64,000 bases of DNA from Octopus vulgaris (taxonomy: Eukaryota): positions 8,184,001-8,248,000 of the forward strand of contig OX597815.1 in NCBI GenBank assembly GCA_951406725.2. The letters are read 5' to 3'. Shown piece after piece: positions 25,031-39,469 of the stretch. Within the stretch, counting starts at the first letter, position 1, and every line of letters begins with the position of its first letter. A program made the position numbers and the translations under genes. Below the pieces are notes generated by a model, which was not told the DNA's origin, made no database searches, and saw nothing but the letters and a program-made list of their open reading frames with translations.

Positions 25031-25404
25031 AAGAAAGACCATACAAAGTGGTTAGTGCTGAGTTTGAGTATGAAGAGAAAGAATATGGAGCGAGAGGAGA
25101 AGAGACGATCGTATACCGGGTGGGTTTGGCTGGGAACGATGTGAAAATTGCTAGCAATGGAAAACATAAACCGCTGCACTTGCAACAGTAAAAACAGTGA
25201 AAGGCCATACTACGTATGTAGTCCAGAGATAAGAGCACAGCAGTGAGTGACTCCATATTAATCGGGCGCAAGATTTTCTTTGGAATATGGTCGAGGACTA
25301 CCGGGTAGGCAATAGTAATAGCAGCAATTGCCATGTGACTATTGATAGTCGTAACTCGTAAGACTTTCTGGTTTGGGGGCAGTTTTTGCTAAATATATAT
25401 ATAT

Positions 25405-25555
25405 ATCTTTTTATTTTCTCTTTTAGTCGTTTCAGTCATTTGACTGCGGCCATGCTGGAGCACCGCCTTTAGTCGAGCAAATCGACCCCAGGACTTAATC
25501 TTTGTAAGCCCAGTACTTATTCTATCGGTCTCTTTTGCCGAACCGCTAAGTGACG
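25405..25555 (-). mobile_element. SINE family A, 3' fragment
   Basis: Matches the family A 3' domain. Confidence 0.85.
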
Positions 25556-25750
25556 GCCGAATGTGTGTATATGTATTATGCAATGTATAACACCCCGGTC
25601 AGTCCTAAACCAGCTGATAAGTTCAGCAAAATTTAGATTCAGATGAATATGGCGCTTAAGTTAAAGGCACCAGAATTTGGTATGGTATTATCCATATAAA
25701 TCAAATGGGGTGATTATAATCAAAATAAGCAACAAGGATATCCAAGGTAG

Positions 25751-25838
25751 TGTAGTACAATCGTTTCATGCTACTTCCTTTTATTAAACAATGTAAGTAT
25801 TACATCAGTTTTAATATGTAGAGCAATCTTCAGCCACA
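25751..25838 (-). ncRNA. Candidate type I hammerhead ribozyme with long stem II (Penelope-type)
   Basis: Minus strand: tgtgg CTGAAGA ttgct...agcat GAAA c-gatt-g TA ctaca. Stem I tgtgg/ctaca, GUA triplet. Confidence 0.55.
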
Positions 25839-25880
25839 TATAGAATTTTTTAAATTAAATGGGGAATGTACATTTTTATA

Positions 25881-25914
<34 letters not shown>

Positions 25915-25917
<3 letters not shown>

Positions 25918-26142
25918 CGGTCAATTACAGAGTAATCATCATTTGTTTAACGGGCATTTTCATAGCATATTTTGATTGCCTCGATAACTGAAGAGATGCC
26001 GGTGCAGATTTCCGCCCCGACATCCGAAACTCAGAGTCTTATCTTGGCTACCGAATAATTGTCACATATTACTTTTACAGATAAATTCCTCTATTTACAT
26101 AATATCGAGGTCTCTTTCATTCTTTTGTTGACTTACCATTTC

Positions 26143-26143
<1 letters not shown>
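25915..26143 (+). mobile_element. Penelope-like terminal fragment
   Basis: Same family as 53055-53335; carries a hammerhead core; flanked by (TA)n. Confidence 0.7.
25983..26043 (+). ncRNA. Candidate minimal type I hammerhead ribozyme
   Basis: gataa CTGAAGA gatg...catc c GAAA ctc-a-gag TC ttatc. Perfect stem I, near-palindromic stem III, GUC triplet. Confidence 0.7.
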
Positions 26144-26175
<32 letters not shown>

Positions 26176-26179
26176 ACAA

Positions 26180-26282
<103 letters not shown>

Positions 26283-26532
26283 TCACCAAGAGAAATCATA
26301 AATATTTGTAGTGACCAGCATCTGTGGAGTCTTTGCGACTTATTCCGTGTTTCTGATATTAAATAGGTAGAGAAAGTCAACTAGAAGATGATTTCCGCGT
26401 TACGTGGAGACGTGGAGTGATTGCACCGTTTGTTATTGAAAGTATTTAAGATTGCCATGTCTCCTTCATAAGTCAATACTGATATAACATTTACTCTCTC
26501 TCGTTCTCTCTTTTTCTGTATATGTGTGCATA

Positions 26533-27054
26533 CTGTAAATCTTCGAGTATAGTCCGCCCTTGAGTATAATACGCAGGGGATTTTTAGGGGGCTGTATCTC
26601 TGAAAAACCTAAGACTTGAGTATAATACGCACCCCTTCTCAAACTTAAATCGTGCGTAATTAAACCAGCAGCACCTAGTCGAACAAACACTTCAGTGCAT
26701 GCGTAATACAATAATGGTGATGTTCTTAACTGTTATATGGGAATGTAAATATGTTTGCAAATTGTTTTTGTTACATGTTGTTCTGTGTTCTGAATACTTT
26801 TATTTTAATAAATGTTGCTTACTGCAAGTTATGGATGATTCTTTTATGACTTCATTGCTTTCAGGCTTAGCTTAAGGTATTTTCGCGCCCGACATCACAA
26901 AATGCGTCTGAATAAACATTTCTGGACAGCAAATAGAGACTCGGACATTGCTTAGAAAATATTTTTCGTTTTTAACCTCGTATATAGTACGCACTAGGGA
27001 TTTTGACCTTTACATTTTTGGAAAAATATGCGGATTATACACGAGGATTTACGG
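26533..27054 (-). mobile_element. pogo/Tc2-like MITE
   Basis: Inverted copy of 8150-8657 and 29613-30134; TA flanks. Confidence 0.88.
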
Positions 27055-27687
27055 TATGTGTTGTTATGTTATGTGTGAGCACGCGTGTGTATAAGACAGT
27101 CTTATATAGTCTAAAGTGTTTCAAAAAGAATTTATCACTTTTCTTTCATTACATTATACAATACAAATTGTGGTTTGGGGGACTTGAATGACTCAATTCC
27201 AATGTAATTTTTATATTTTGTCATTGGAAACACTTTTACAACGCTCGAATATTTTATATTTAAAAGCATAGCCCCTGTGTTTGTGTGTGTGCGTGTGAGC
27301 GTATGTGTGTGTCTGTCTGTTTGTTCAATTATATATGTGTGAGTGTGTATATATACAGTAAGCACGCTCTGATGATTCACTCAGTCGCTAATGTAACTTT
27401 CTCGCATGTGTGCGTTTGCCTGGGCGAACGCATGCAAGCGTGAAACTCTGAAGCTCTCCTTTCTCTCTCCTTCTCTCTCTCCCGCCCTCTCTCTCCCCCT
27501 CTCTCTCTCTCTCTCTCCCTACATAAACACATACATATTACTACAATACTATAATTAAGATAATTAATATTTCATTTTAGTGTGAGCAGACTTCCGCCGA
27601 AACCTACCATCATAGGTTTGACCGATTAGGGTTGACCTAGCAAACAGAATGATTTTTCAAAAGATGGAATGAAAGAATATGGCTCTA

Positions 27688-28514
27688 ATGTGTGTATGTA
27701 TGTATGTATGTATGTATGTATGTATGTATGTATGTATGTATGTATGTATGTATGTATGTATGTATGTATGTATGTATGTATGTATGTGTATGTATGTATG
27801 TATGTATGTATGTATGTATGCATGTATGTATGCATGTATGTATGTATGTATGAATGAATGTATGTATGTATGAATGAATGTATGTATGTATGTATGTATG
27901 TATGTATGAATGAATGTATGTATGTATGTATGTATGTATGTATGTATGTATGTATGTATGTATGTATGTATGCATGTATGCATCTATGTATGTATGCATG
28001 CATGCATGTATGCATGCATGTATGTATGTATGTATGTATGTATGCATGTATGCATGTATGTATGCATGCATGTATGCATGTATGTATGTATGTATGTATG
28101 TATGTATGTATGTATGTATGTATGTATGTATGTATGTATGTATGTATGTATGTATGCATGTATGCATGCATGTATGTATGTATGTATGTATGTATGTATG
28201 TATGCATGTATGTATGCATGTATGCATGCATGTATGCATCTATGTATGCATGCATCTATGTATGCATGCATCTATGCATGCATGTATGTATGTATGTATG
28301 TATGTATGTATGTATGTATGTATGCATGTATGTATGCATGCATGTATGTATGTATGTATGTATGTATGTATGTATGTATGTATGTATGTATGTATGTATG
28401 TATGTATGCATGTATGCATGTATGTATGTATGTATGTATGTATGTATGTATGTATGTATGTATGTATGTATGTATGTATGTATGTATGTATCTGTGTATC
28501 TATCTATCTATCTA

Positions 28515-28582
<68 letters not shown>

Positions 28583-28660
28583 CGTGTGTGTGAGTGTGTG
28601 TGTGTATATGTGTGTGTGTATGTATGTATATATATATATGTATGCACGCATGTATGTATG
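27688..28660 (+). repeat. Large (TATG)n/(CATG)n microsatellite followed by (TA)n/(TG)n
   Basis: About 800 bp of tetranucleotide array. Confidence 0.98.
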
Positions 28661-28896
28661 AATGTATAAACATTTATATGCACAGACATGCATACATCAT
28701 ACACACACGCACACTCACACACACAGTCCCTCCTTTATCTGTGTGTGTGTGTATGTGTGTGTGTGTGTGTGCTGAGCATAAGCACACGAAGCAGCAAGAA
28801 TCAAAATAATGATGTGAACATATTTATTTTTAACACAATTTCTTGCATGCTTGAACGACACGAGCGGGATTAACTGCAGGGATGTTTTCAAAATAT

Positions 28897-29290
28897 ATGT
28901 ATATATAAAAGTAAGGTTGTGTGTCTGTCTCCTACGATTTAGATTCCTAACTACTCCCACATTTTGCGGTGCAGTTTAACCAAAAGCGGGTATCTTATAG
29001 TCGTGATTCATATCGAGCCCTTCTGGGTATTAGCGCGCGTCTACGATGAGTCTACGATTTTAAAAAAATTTACCATAATTTTTTTCCATTTTAATACATT
29101 TTTTCGCTATTATATAAGGGAAGTAACTCTCTAAAATGTCTACGATGAGTCGACAATTTAAAAAAAATTTACCATCATTTTTTTTCTATTTTTAATGCAT
29201 TTTTTTGCTATTTTTTGGCTATAACTCTCTAAAAATGCTTATATAGTTATTTCCCTTACAAACCCGAGCAAAGCCGGGCGATACTGCTAG
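28897..29290 (+). mobile_element. Non-autonomous Helitron, subfamily H2 (longer variant)
   Basis: Matches 20344-20643 with an internal ~100-bp duplication; ends CTAG|T. Confidence 0.82.
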
Positions 29291-29612
29291 TATGTATATA
29301 TATCACGATATTTGTGTGCGCCCACGTGCATGCGATCGCGCGCGTGCATTGCACAGTACCTTCATAGCGAGAAAAAGAGATATCGGCCGGACTAGTTTGA
29401 AAGCAGTTTTAGGATTTCATCAGTGACTGATTATCCGATCTAAGTCTCCCCGGCAATAATACTTGTACATCCACTATTTGTAAGACATCAAGTAAATTTG
29501 CACATTTATAACCCATACTGGGTAATTATTTCGAGTATCAAGATACTAATACGTTAACAATGTTTTGTTTCACTGCTGTACTCCACTTTTCAGGCCATGA
29601 AAATGTTGTATA

Positions 29613-30134
29613 CCGTAAATCCTCGAGTATAATCCGCATTTTCCCCCAAAATTTAATGGTCAAAATCCCTAGTGCGCACTATATACGAGGTTAAAAATGA
29701 AAAAATATTTTCTAAGCCATGTCCGAGTCTCGATTTGCTGTCCGGCAATGTTTATTCAAACGCATTTTGTGATGTCGGGCGCGAAAATACCTTAAGCTAA
29801 GCCTGAAAGCAATGAAGTCATAAAAGAATCTTCCATAACTTGCAGTAAGCAACATTTATTAAAATAAAAGTATTCAGAACACAGAATAACATGTAACAAA
29901 AACAATTTGCAAACATATTTACATTCCCATATAACAGTTAAGAACATCACCATTACTGTATTACGCATGCACGGAATTGTTTGTTCGACTAGGTGCTGCT
30001 GGCTTAATTACGCACGACTCAAGTTAGAGGAGTGGTGCATATTATACACAAGGTTTAGGTTTTTCAGAGGTACAGCCCCCTAAAAATCCCCTGCGTATTA
30101 TACTCAAGGGCGGACTATATTCGAGGATTTACAG
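29613..30134 (+). mobile_element. pogo/Tc2-like MITE
   Basis: TA|CCGTAAATCCTCGAGTATA...gaggatttacag|TA. Confidence 0.88.
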
Positions 30135-30517
30135 TATACAGACAAAGCTTTTCCATCAGTCTATGCGTATAGTTTGGTTAAAAGTCTACAGATATATACT
30201 ATAGTGCAGATTACCAATGAGACGAAGCACTGTTAACATACCAGTGATTCAATAATCTAACTAGCTGACATGTATGCGTTATATATGCAAATTTATTTGT
30301 ATATTCATTTTACTTAGGCCCTTAATAATGGTGGGTTTAAAAGCAATATTTCCCTCTAGAATTAAAAAAAAGGTATTCAATCGATTACTGATGAACTCTC
30401 ATACAAGACTGAACCTATTCCCTTGATCTCACGTTTTTCCCAAAGAACATTGTATATACGCATGTACAAAGTATTTATATTTGTTTGTGCATCTAAAGTT
30501 GTCTAAAAGCTTATGTA

Positions 30518-30702
30518 AGGCGCAGGAGTGGCTGTGTGGTAAGTAGCTTGCTTACCAACCACATGGTTCCGGGTTCAGTCCCACTGTGTGGCACCTTGGG
30601 AAAGTGTCTTCTACTATAGCCTCGGGCCGCCCAAAGCCTTGTGAGTGGATTTGGTAGACGGAAACTGAAAGAAGTCCGTCGTATATATGTATATGTATGT
30701 AC

Positions 30703-30761
<59 letters not shown>

Positions 30762-30955
30762 TCTCCCCAACATCGCTTGACAACCGATGCTGGTGTGTTT
30801 ACCTCCCCGTAACTTAGCGGTTCGGCAAAAGAGACCGATAGAATAAGTACTAGGCTTACAAATGATAAGTCCTGGTGTCGATTTGCTCGGCTAAAGGCTG
30901 TGCTCTAGCATGGCCGTAGTCAAATGACTGAAACAAGTAAAAGAGTAAAGAGAGT
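30518..30955 (+). mobile_element. SINE family A, full length
   Basis: Complete head, internal microsatellite, (gtaaaaga)-type tail. Confidence 0.93.
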
Positions 30956-32776
30956 ATAGATTTTGTAGTACAGTGTAGCGTTGAAGCAAGTTGCGAAGCT
31001 TCTGTATTCTAAGCCTAAATAAATTCAATGTAAATATTACACACACCACGCCCTGTCACACGTCCCGGCAAATGAAAAAGAGCCACCATAACATAATATG
31101 GTTCACACACTTCTTTTCACTCAACGTAGAATCTAATGTAGAAAGCGATTCTAACAGATCCTAATAAACTCACAGTTTCCTCTTTAGCATAGGTGTGAAA
31201 CTGAGATTATATTGGAAAAACCCTACTTTTTGACAAAGTTACGGTCTATGTCAAAAAACTCTTTACCATCTTGTCCCTTTTGTTCTAAATTTGACAACAA
31301 ACTTACAAAATCCTTTAGTAAACTTCATGTAATATTTACATCGATACAGTCTACTGCAGTCTACTTTTCAAAAACAGTCTACTTTTCAAAAAAAAAAAAA
31401 AAAAAAACTTATTAGTAACACTAGTTGAAGAATTTCGAAATTGTCCCCAAATAAAGAAATATTTAATAGGATGATCAGAATCAAAGATAAAATTACATAT
31501 CCTCATACCTTCACCACCCAAAACTAAGGTGATGCGATAAAAATATTTCTGATTCAATATACCTTTTCAATAAATGTTCATCTGAATGTTCACTAAATGT
31601 TCATATTTTTAATAATATATACTCTTAAATTTCCATACATACTCGAACAAAACCGAAGCTAACAGGACATGTACAAACATTAGCATATGCCCATTTAATG
31701 TGCCTTATAACGCAAATGCTATGATTTATGCTTCATCAAACTAACCTATGACATTATACTGTAACGCTACATAGGCATGATCGAAAGGAAGTTTAAACAG
31801 ATGGATTACATACTCATGGTCCAATTTTTGATTTATCGAAAAGGCGAACATGACGAATTTTTTTTTATTTATATGTTGCAATTAAAAGCAAACGATACCT
31901 ATTACAATATCAAATGAAAGAAAATTTGAAGGTCGGGACTTTATAAGAACGAAAAAAAAAAAAAAGAGATGTGATATTTCCAAGCTGAAAAAAGCCAAAA
32001 AAAAAACACTCGTCTTCAAATTCTGACAGCTACTTAAACGCTAGGTCTGAAGTTGTCAGACAATATGATAAATATGAATATTTATTGCATAAATACTCAA
32101 CACTACTACCAGGTTAAATCGACGCATTAATATCAAACCCTGTCTACATAATAAGTCAGTTCCTTTCCATCCCACACATTCAACAAGCATCTATATACGT
32201 ACGTACGTGCGTGCATATGAACATACATATGCGCGCACACACAAAAGAAAATAAAAACGGATATATATGGATATATATATATATGTGCGTGCACATGTTC
32301 TTAACTTTAATACTTATTTTGAAATTTTATCCTACGTTTTCCCTTCCCTATCAAGCTGGTTTTCTTCCTTGTTTCACCATTATATTTCATTTCATTAAAT
32401 ACATTCACTGCATTTGTTTTCTATTTCCTTCAATTTTGATTGTTCTTTTTCCTCTAAGCATTCAAAAAAAAATGATGTATTCTCTACATTTAGGTTTGCG
32501 CTACATCTACGGTCTTTAGCTATAATGCAGAACAACGGAAATCGTTTTCTTGGGCCTTTGCTCTGTGGTAATATACAAAAATCAAGCTGGGGCTGGCCAG
32601 ATTGGAGCAATCTCGAATATAACCAGCCGAAATTGCAAAGATAATCTGGAACACGACTGAGGAAAGAAAACTCCGAATGAACCGTCCTTGCTTTCTTTGT
32701 ATCATCTATCTGGATGTTTTGTTGTTCCCTTTTTTGTATCACGTGTCTGGATGTTTTGCGTTCTTGTCCTATTTTG

Positions 32777-32813
<37 letters not shown>

Positions 32814-32919
32814 GCATTCGGTACAATTTGTTTATTTTAGTAGTTTTTACAGCAAAAGTCCCTCCTAGCGTGCGGTACCTAGGCCATGTCTAACTTAATA
32901 GCACCTCTTTTACACTTTT

Positions 32920-33260
32920 CTCTTTTATTTGTTTCAGTAATTTTACTGCGGCCACGCAGGAGCACAGCCTTAAGGGTTGTTTTTTTAGTCGAAGAAATCG
33001 ACCTCAGGACATTGTAAACCTAGTACTTATTGTGTCCGTCATTTTTGCTGAACCACTAGGTTAGGGGGACGTAAACACGCCAACACAGGTTGTCAAGCGA
33101 TGGTGGTTGAACAAACACACACACACACATACACACACAAACACTTATGACAGGCTTCTTTCAGTTTCTCTCTACCAGATCCACTTACAAAGTACCCAGA
33201 GGGATTGAACCCGAAACCATGTGATCGAGAAACAAACTACGTACCACACAGCCACACATA
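32920..33260 (-). mobile_element. SINE family A, diverged
   Basis: Recognisable 3' domain and head on the minus strand, with deletions. Confidence 0.75.
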
Positions 33261-33423
33261 TTTTCTTTCTATACATACCCTATTAAACCAGTATATGTGA
33301 ATGCCCTATACGTACGCACGCCGGGTATTTGTTTAGTATTGAGTGCATGCGTAATTTTGAAGCAATAAAATAGACGCCCACATCGAAAGGAGTCAATGGA
33401 GAAACAGCCGAGACGTCTTGGCG

Positions 33424-33461
<38 letters not shown>

Positions 33462-33601
33462 CCATTGATATGCGTATATAAATATGTTCACAAACAAAAA
33501 CATGCGGCGCGTGCGCTGGTGCTCATACTTATGCGTGTAGGTGTTTATATGTATACGTAGGCATGTATATTCGTGTGTGTGTGTGTGTGTGTGTGCGCGC
33601 G

Positions 33602-34087
<486 letters not shown>

Positions 34088-34582
34088 GCATATATACATA
34101 CATGTTTGTATGTGTGTGTGTATGTGTATGTGAAAATTCACACACATATTCACAAACACACTCACACAGTCGGTTGGCCACCCTGCACCTAGCAGCACTG
34201 ACCCAAATACAGATAATCGCACACACTACATATACACTCAAATACTTGTACACATACGTATATACACATACGTATACATACAAGCATATTCACAGGAACA
34301 CGCACCATGGCGACAATACAATCAAAGTTGCTCTCCCGGCCTCAACCGGTTTCTGGCAGCCCATCCATCACAAGCTTACACACACACACAAATGCGTGTG
34401 TGTGTTCACACACACACACACGGACACGCACACACACACACACACACATACACGCACACATACACATACAGGATTATAAGTGTGTGCAAGCGCTTATGTG
34501 TGCATATCAATGTGTATACATGCTTTTACACGTATAGGGTGCACTGCGCATGCGGAGGATCAAGACAAAATTATGAAGATAT

Positions 34583-34677
<95 letters not shown>

Positions 34678-34759
34678 GTTTGCAATCTATGTTATGTATG
34701 CATATACAACAATACATATGCACACACACACACGCACACAAACATACAAACACACACAT

Positions 34760-34793
<34 letters not shown>

Positions 34794-34899
34794 GTATAAA
34801 CATATATACGCAAATAAGCACATAAATGCAAAACAAGGTGGGAAAAATAGTACTCGAATACCAAAGGTAGAGTCAGCATATACAAGCATACATACACTA

Positions 34900-35270
34900 C
34901 CGTCAGAAATTAATTAGCACCCTTGATTTGCTCTTCACTCAAGGTATGTGCTGTCACCTAGTGGCCATATCTCGAACTATTGCTTTGTTGCGAGTTCACT
35001 GTTGCGCAGAACGATGACGTAACTTTGTTTGCAGAGCGGTTTGAGAGTCTACAGCCTTATGATGTTGACATAGCAGTGCAACAACAACTTGGAGTGCGGA
35101 TGCAGACAAATCTTCCTTTGTTTAATAGATATAGGTAGCGCCTCGCAAGGACCGAAATCACACCATACTAAGTTTTCTCATCGCGTAAGACGTTTTTGAA
35201 CAGCTCATAGGTTAATTGATTTAACCTAATTAATGTAGAAATTTGAGAAGTGCTAATTAATTTCTGACGC
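34900..35270. mobile_element. MITE with 20-bp perfect TIR (Tc1/mariner-like)
   Basis: ta|ccgtcagaaattaattagcac ... gtgctaattaatttctgacg. Confidence 0.75.
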
Positions 35271-35438
35271 AAGTGTATATACATATATTTGTTTATGCAT
35301 ACACTCCCTCCCGCAACCCGGAACCATGTGGATGGTAGCCAAGCTATTTACCACATATCCATTCCTGGTGCCATGATTAATCGTTGGGGATTAGATCGAA
35401 ATGCTCAACGTGTATATATATATATATATATATATATA

Positions 35439-35821
35439 CTAGCAGTATCGCCCGGCGTTGCTCAGGTTTGTAAGGAAATAACTACAAAGCATTTTTAGAG
35501 AGTTATAGCCAAAAAATAGCAAAAAAATGGAAAAAAATGATGGTAAATTTTTTTTTAGTTAAAAAAGGTGGAGTTGCGTCCCCTAGACAGTTTGCGGTTT
35601 GTGTTTCTGATTCTCGACCCCATGTCGAATTTATCGGGGTTTTTTTCAGAACTGGGGGAACTTTTCAAAATTTTCGCTGCGTTAGTTTTGAATTATGACA
35701 TTGGGCTATGTGTGTGTCAAGTTTCATCAGAATCGGTTGAAAGCCGTGGTCAGAATGAGGGTACGAGAAAACAGACACACAGAAACACGCACAGACAAAC
35801 TGCCGTTTATATAGAGAGAGA
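35439..35821 (-). mobile_element. Non-autonomous Helitron, subfamily H3
   Basis: Minus strand starts tctctctctatataaacggca and ends gcaacgccgggcgatactgCTAG. Confidence 0.8.
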
Positions 35822-36441
35822 TATATACACACACACATATAAATTTGACATGGGTGATTCTTTCTTGACTTGGGATTCACGGTCAAACGGCTGGGTGGAA
35901 TTGCGCGAAAAATTACACAGATGTGCAGAATGATCCGGTGGTGTTGCTGGGCTTTGTATTTTTTTCATAGCTCCCATGGTTAGCGAGATAATCTACTGTG
36001 ATAATACTCTTGCATTTATGAATGAGAAAGGGGTGATGTCGTACTTGGTAGTGGGATGATGAAAATAGTACGCTGAAAAAATAAATCAAACAGCGTTTCA
36101 ACTCTGTTTGTATATATGTGTGTATATGTAAATGGGGGGTATGTAAATGTGTGTGTGCGTGTGTATGCTTGTTGTGTGTGTGCGTGAGCGCCTGCAATAG
36201 AAGTGGGATGATTCATCTTTGTTCTCTCAGTATTTGGGTTAATTTTTTGATTTCGTTGAAACTTGGTTCGTTTCTTTGTTGTTGTTGGTGGTGGTCAGTT
36301 ATTTTTAGCGTTTTGAAAGAAAAAGTCATTCTAAAATTGTTTTTTAACATAAGCGTGCCCAAACAAGTCGAATGCTTACACAGAGCAGGTTTTACAGCCA
36401 CATCATCCAAACCGACTGGGTGAAACTGGGATTAGCTGCTA

Positions 36442-36493
<52 letters not shown>

Positions 36494-36689
36494 TAAGGTA
36501 GTTTTTGTGAAGCATTGTGAGGTATGATTTAAAGAATGTAATTGTGTAAAACCGGAACAATAGCAGACGGTACAAAGTAACCTACAAATTGAAAAGAAAG
36601 TAACAACGAAGTTGCAATTTTACCTTGTAACTCATATTTCGGAGTGAAGACGACTATTTCAGGAGATTCGAGAAAGCGGTGGTTGGAAG

Positions 36690-36815
36690 ACGGGCTTCTT
36701 TCAGTTTCCCTCTACCAAATCCACTTGCAAGGCTTTGGTCGGCCCGGCACTATAGGTGCCAATCAGTAGGGACTGAACCCGGAACAATGTGGTTGGGAAG
36801 CAAGCATTTTGTCAC
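36690..36815 (-). mobile_element. SINE family A, 5' fragment
   Basis: Diverged head on the minus strand. Confidence 0.7.
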
Positions 36816-36865
36816 ACGCATGCCTGAGCTCACACACACAAACACGTTAAATTTATATATGTATG

Positions 36866-36958
<93 letters not shown>

Positions 36959-37084
36959 GTACATACGTATGTATTTCTATATTGGTATTATGTGTTTGCG
37001 TGTGTGGGATGTATATAAAACTTCGATATGTAATAAATGCAAAACCCACCATTGTAGTTTTAACAATGGCGGTAAGTGAGACAG

Positions 37085-37360
37085 CGGAGGCGGCGGCGGC
37101 AAAGACAGTGGTGGTGGCGGCGGCGACGGCTGTGGTGATGGTGGTGGTGGGGAGGATGATGGTGATGGTGGTGGTGGTGGCGATGGTGACTGTGGTGGTG
37201 GTGGTGGTGGTGGTGGTGGCGACAGTGGCGGCGGTAGAGGGGTGGTGGCGGTGATACTGGTGGTGGTGATGATGGTGGCGACAGTGGCGGCGGTAGTTGT
37301 GGTAGCGGTGGTGGTTGTAGTGGTGGTGGTGGTGGTGGTGGTGGTGGTGGTGACGATGAT
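37085..37360 (+). repeat. (GGT/GGC)n low-complexity tract
   Basis: Mixed trinucleotide repeats. Confidence 0.9.
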
Positions 37361-37810
37361 GTATGCGAGATAAATACCCCCCTTCCCCAGTCTCACACCT
37401 ACTCCCCCCACCCCTCTTCTGTTCCTCTCCATCCTCTTTCTTTTTTGGATTGTCATTTCTGCTTGACCCACCACCACTGCCACTAACACCAGAACAACAA
37501 CAACAACAACAAGGCCCACCATAACAACGTCCATTGACAATAGCAACAGGCGGCGATAGCTTAAACCCCCACCTCCAGCCCCCCACTGACCCCCCCCCCA
37601 CTCCTAAACAAACTCTTTAGCCTGAATTACGTCACCTGTCACATTCCCTTCCGCCACCCCCTCCGACACACCTCTCCCTCAAAATTTCCCACTTCACGTT
37701 TCCCCCTTTCTCTCCCGACCCCTCTCTCCCAGCCTTTCTCTCACTCTCTCTCTCTCTACTCCTCTCCTTCTTTCCCTCTCGCTTAGTATATGTATATGCA
37801 TGTACATATA

Positions 37811-38325
<515 letters not shown>

Positions 38326-38497
38326 ATTATTCAAAGGAATTCCAACTCTGTGTTTTATGTTTTATTTATATTCTTTATAATATTAATGTAGAATATAGAA
38401 TATATAGTATAAATAATATATACATAGTAGAATGAAATGAAGTATTGTTTGTCTTATTGAATAGATGAAATATTGAATATCAAATATAAAATATTAA

Positions 38498-38541
38498 GGG
38501 ACTAGTATACTTTCTTGCATTATAGCAGTCTTCAGGGTCCC
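38498..38541 (-). ncRNA. Candidate minimal hammerhead ribozyme
   Basis: Minus strand: gggac(c) CTGAAGA ctgc-tataat-gcaa GAAA gtatac TA gtccc. Palindromic stem III; stem I gggac/gtccc with one extra C. Confidence 0.55.
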
Positions 38542-38646
38542 AGGTTGTGACAGGAGGGTTTCAACTGATATATATATATATATATACGTCTTGCTTCCCG
38601 CATATTGTCATATATCGAGCATTCTGTGTGTGAATATATGTATATT

Positions 38647-38678
<32 letters not shown>

Positions 38679-38771
38679 TATATACATATGTATCAGAATG
38701 TGACCTCGTGTGTACCGTTGGCGATTTTTTTTCCCTCTGTCTTCCCTTCTCTGGATCTTTCGTTCTCCTAT

Positions 38772-38806
38772 GTTTCTGACGAAGAGCTCCGCTCGAAACG
38801 TTAAAC
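38772..38806 (+). ncRNA. Candidate minimal hammerhead ribozyme in a Penelope-like fragment (about 38695-38905)
   Basis: gttt CTGACGA a gagc-tcc-gctc GAAA cg TT aaac. Palindromic ACGT stem III. A diverged sister copy is on the minus strand at 53385-53530. Confidence 0.68.
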
Positions 38807-38907
38807 CCTCCTTCTTCCTTCTTTCCTGAGCGTCCAATAATACTATATTTGTTCCATGTCCTCGCGTTGTTGTGTTTTTTTGTGCTTTCTTGTTTGGATT
38901 AACTATA

Positions 38908-38999
<92 letters not shown>

Positions 39000-39365
39000 A
39001 CACTCACACATATATGTATTATATATATATACATATATATGTATGTACATATATTATACATATAATTATATGCTTGTGAGTGTGTTTATGGTTATATATA
39101 TATATACGAATGTATATGCATGTACGTGTCTTTATAACAACCAATTTGAGACAAAAATCGGGACAATGTGCACACCTGTATCATCTCAAACCTTTTTTTC
39201 TTGACTAATGACTAATGATACGTACTTCAAAAAGCCTTGGATTAAAATACCTGTCTGTGTTTGTAATGTGTAGACAAACGTGGAACAGTTCTAGCTGTAA
39301 ATGTTTTGTCTTAGTGAAACTCTCCGGAGACTTACCGTATATACTCGTACACACACACACACACA

Positions 39366-39423
<58 letters not shown>

Positions 39424-39469
39424 TACACATACACACAAATTTACATCTGAAAGATCAGCAAATTCTTTT

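Noticed and set aside
27626-28722. Long ORFs of up to 267 aa (MYVC/HTYI repeats), and similar ones at 4.7, 33.4, 42.4, 45.8, 55, 57.6 and 63.4 kb
   Set aside because: They are translations of di- and tetranucleotide microsatellites that lack stop codons, not genes.
31180-31600. Probable repeat-derived AT-rich segment
   Set aside because: There is no second copy, terminus or coding motif in the window to support a classification.
32655-32690. Additional hammerhead-like strings (also near 26380-26460, 57455 and 58545)
   Set aside because: The cores are too degenerate or only half present to call.
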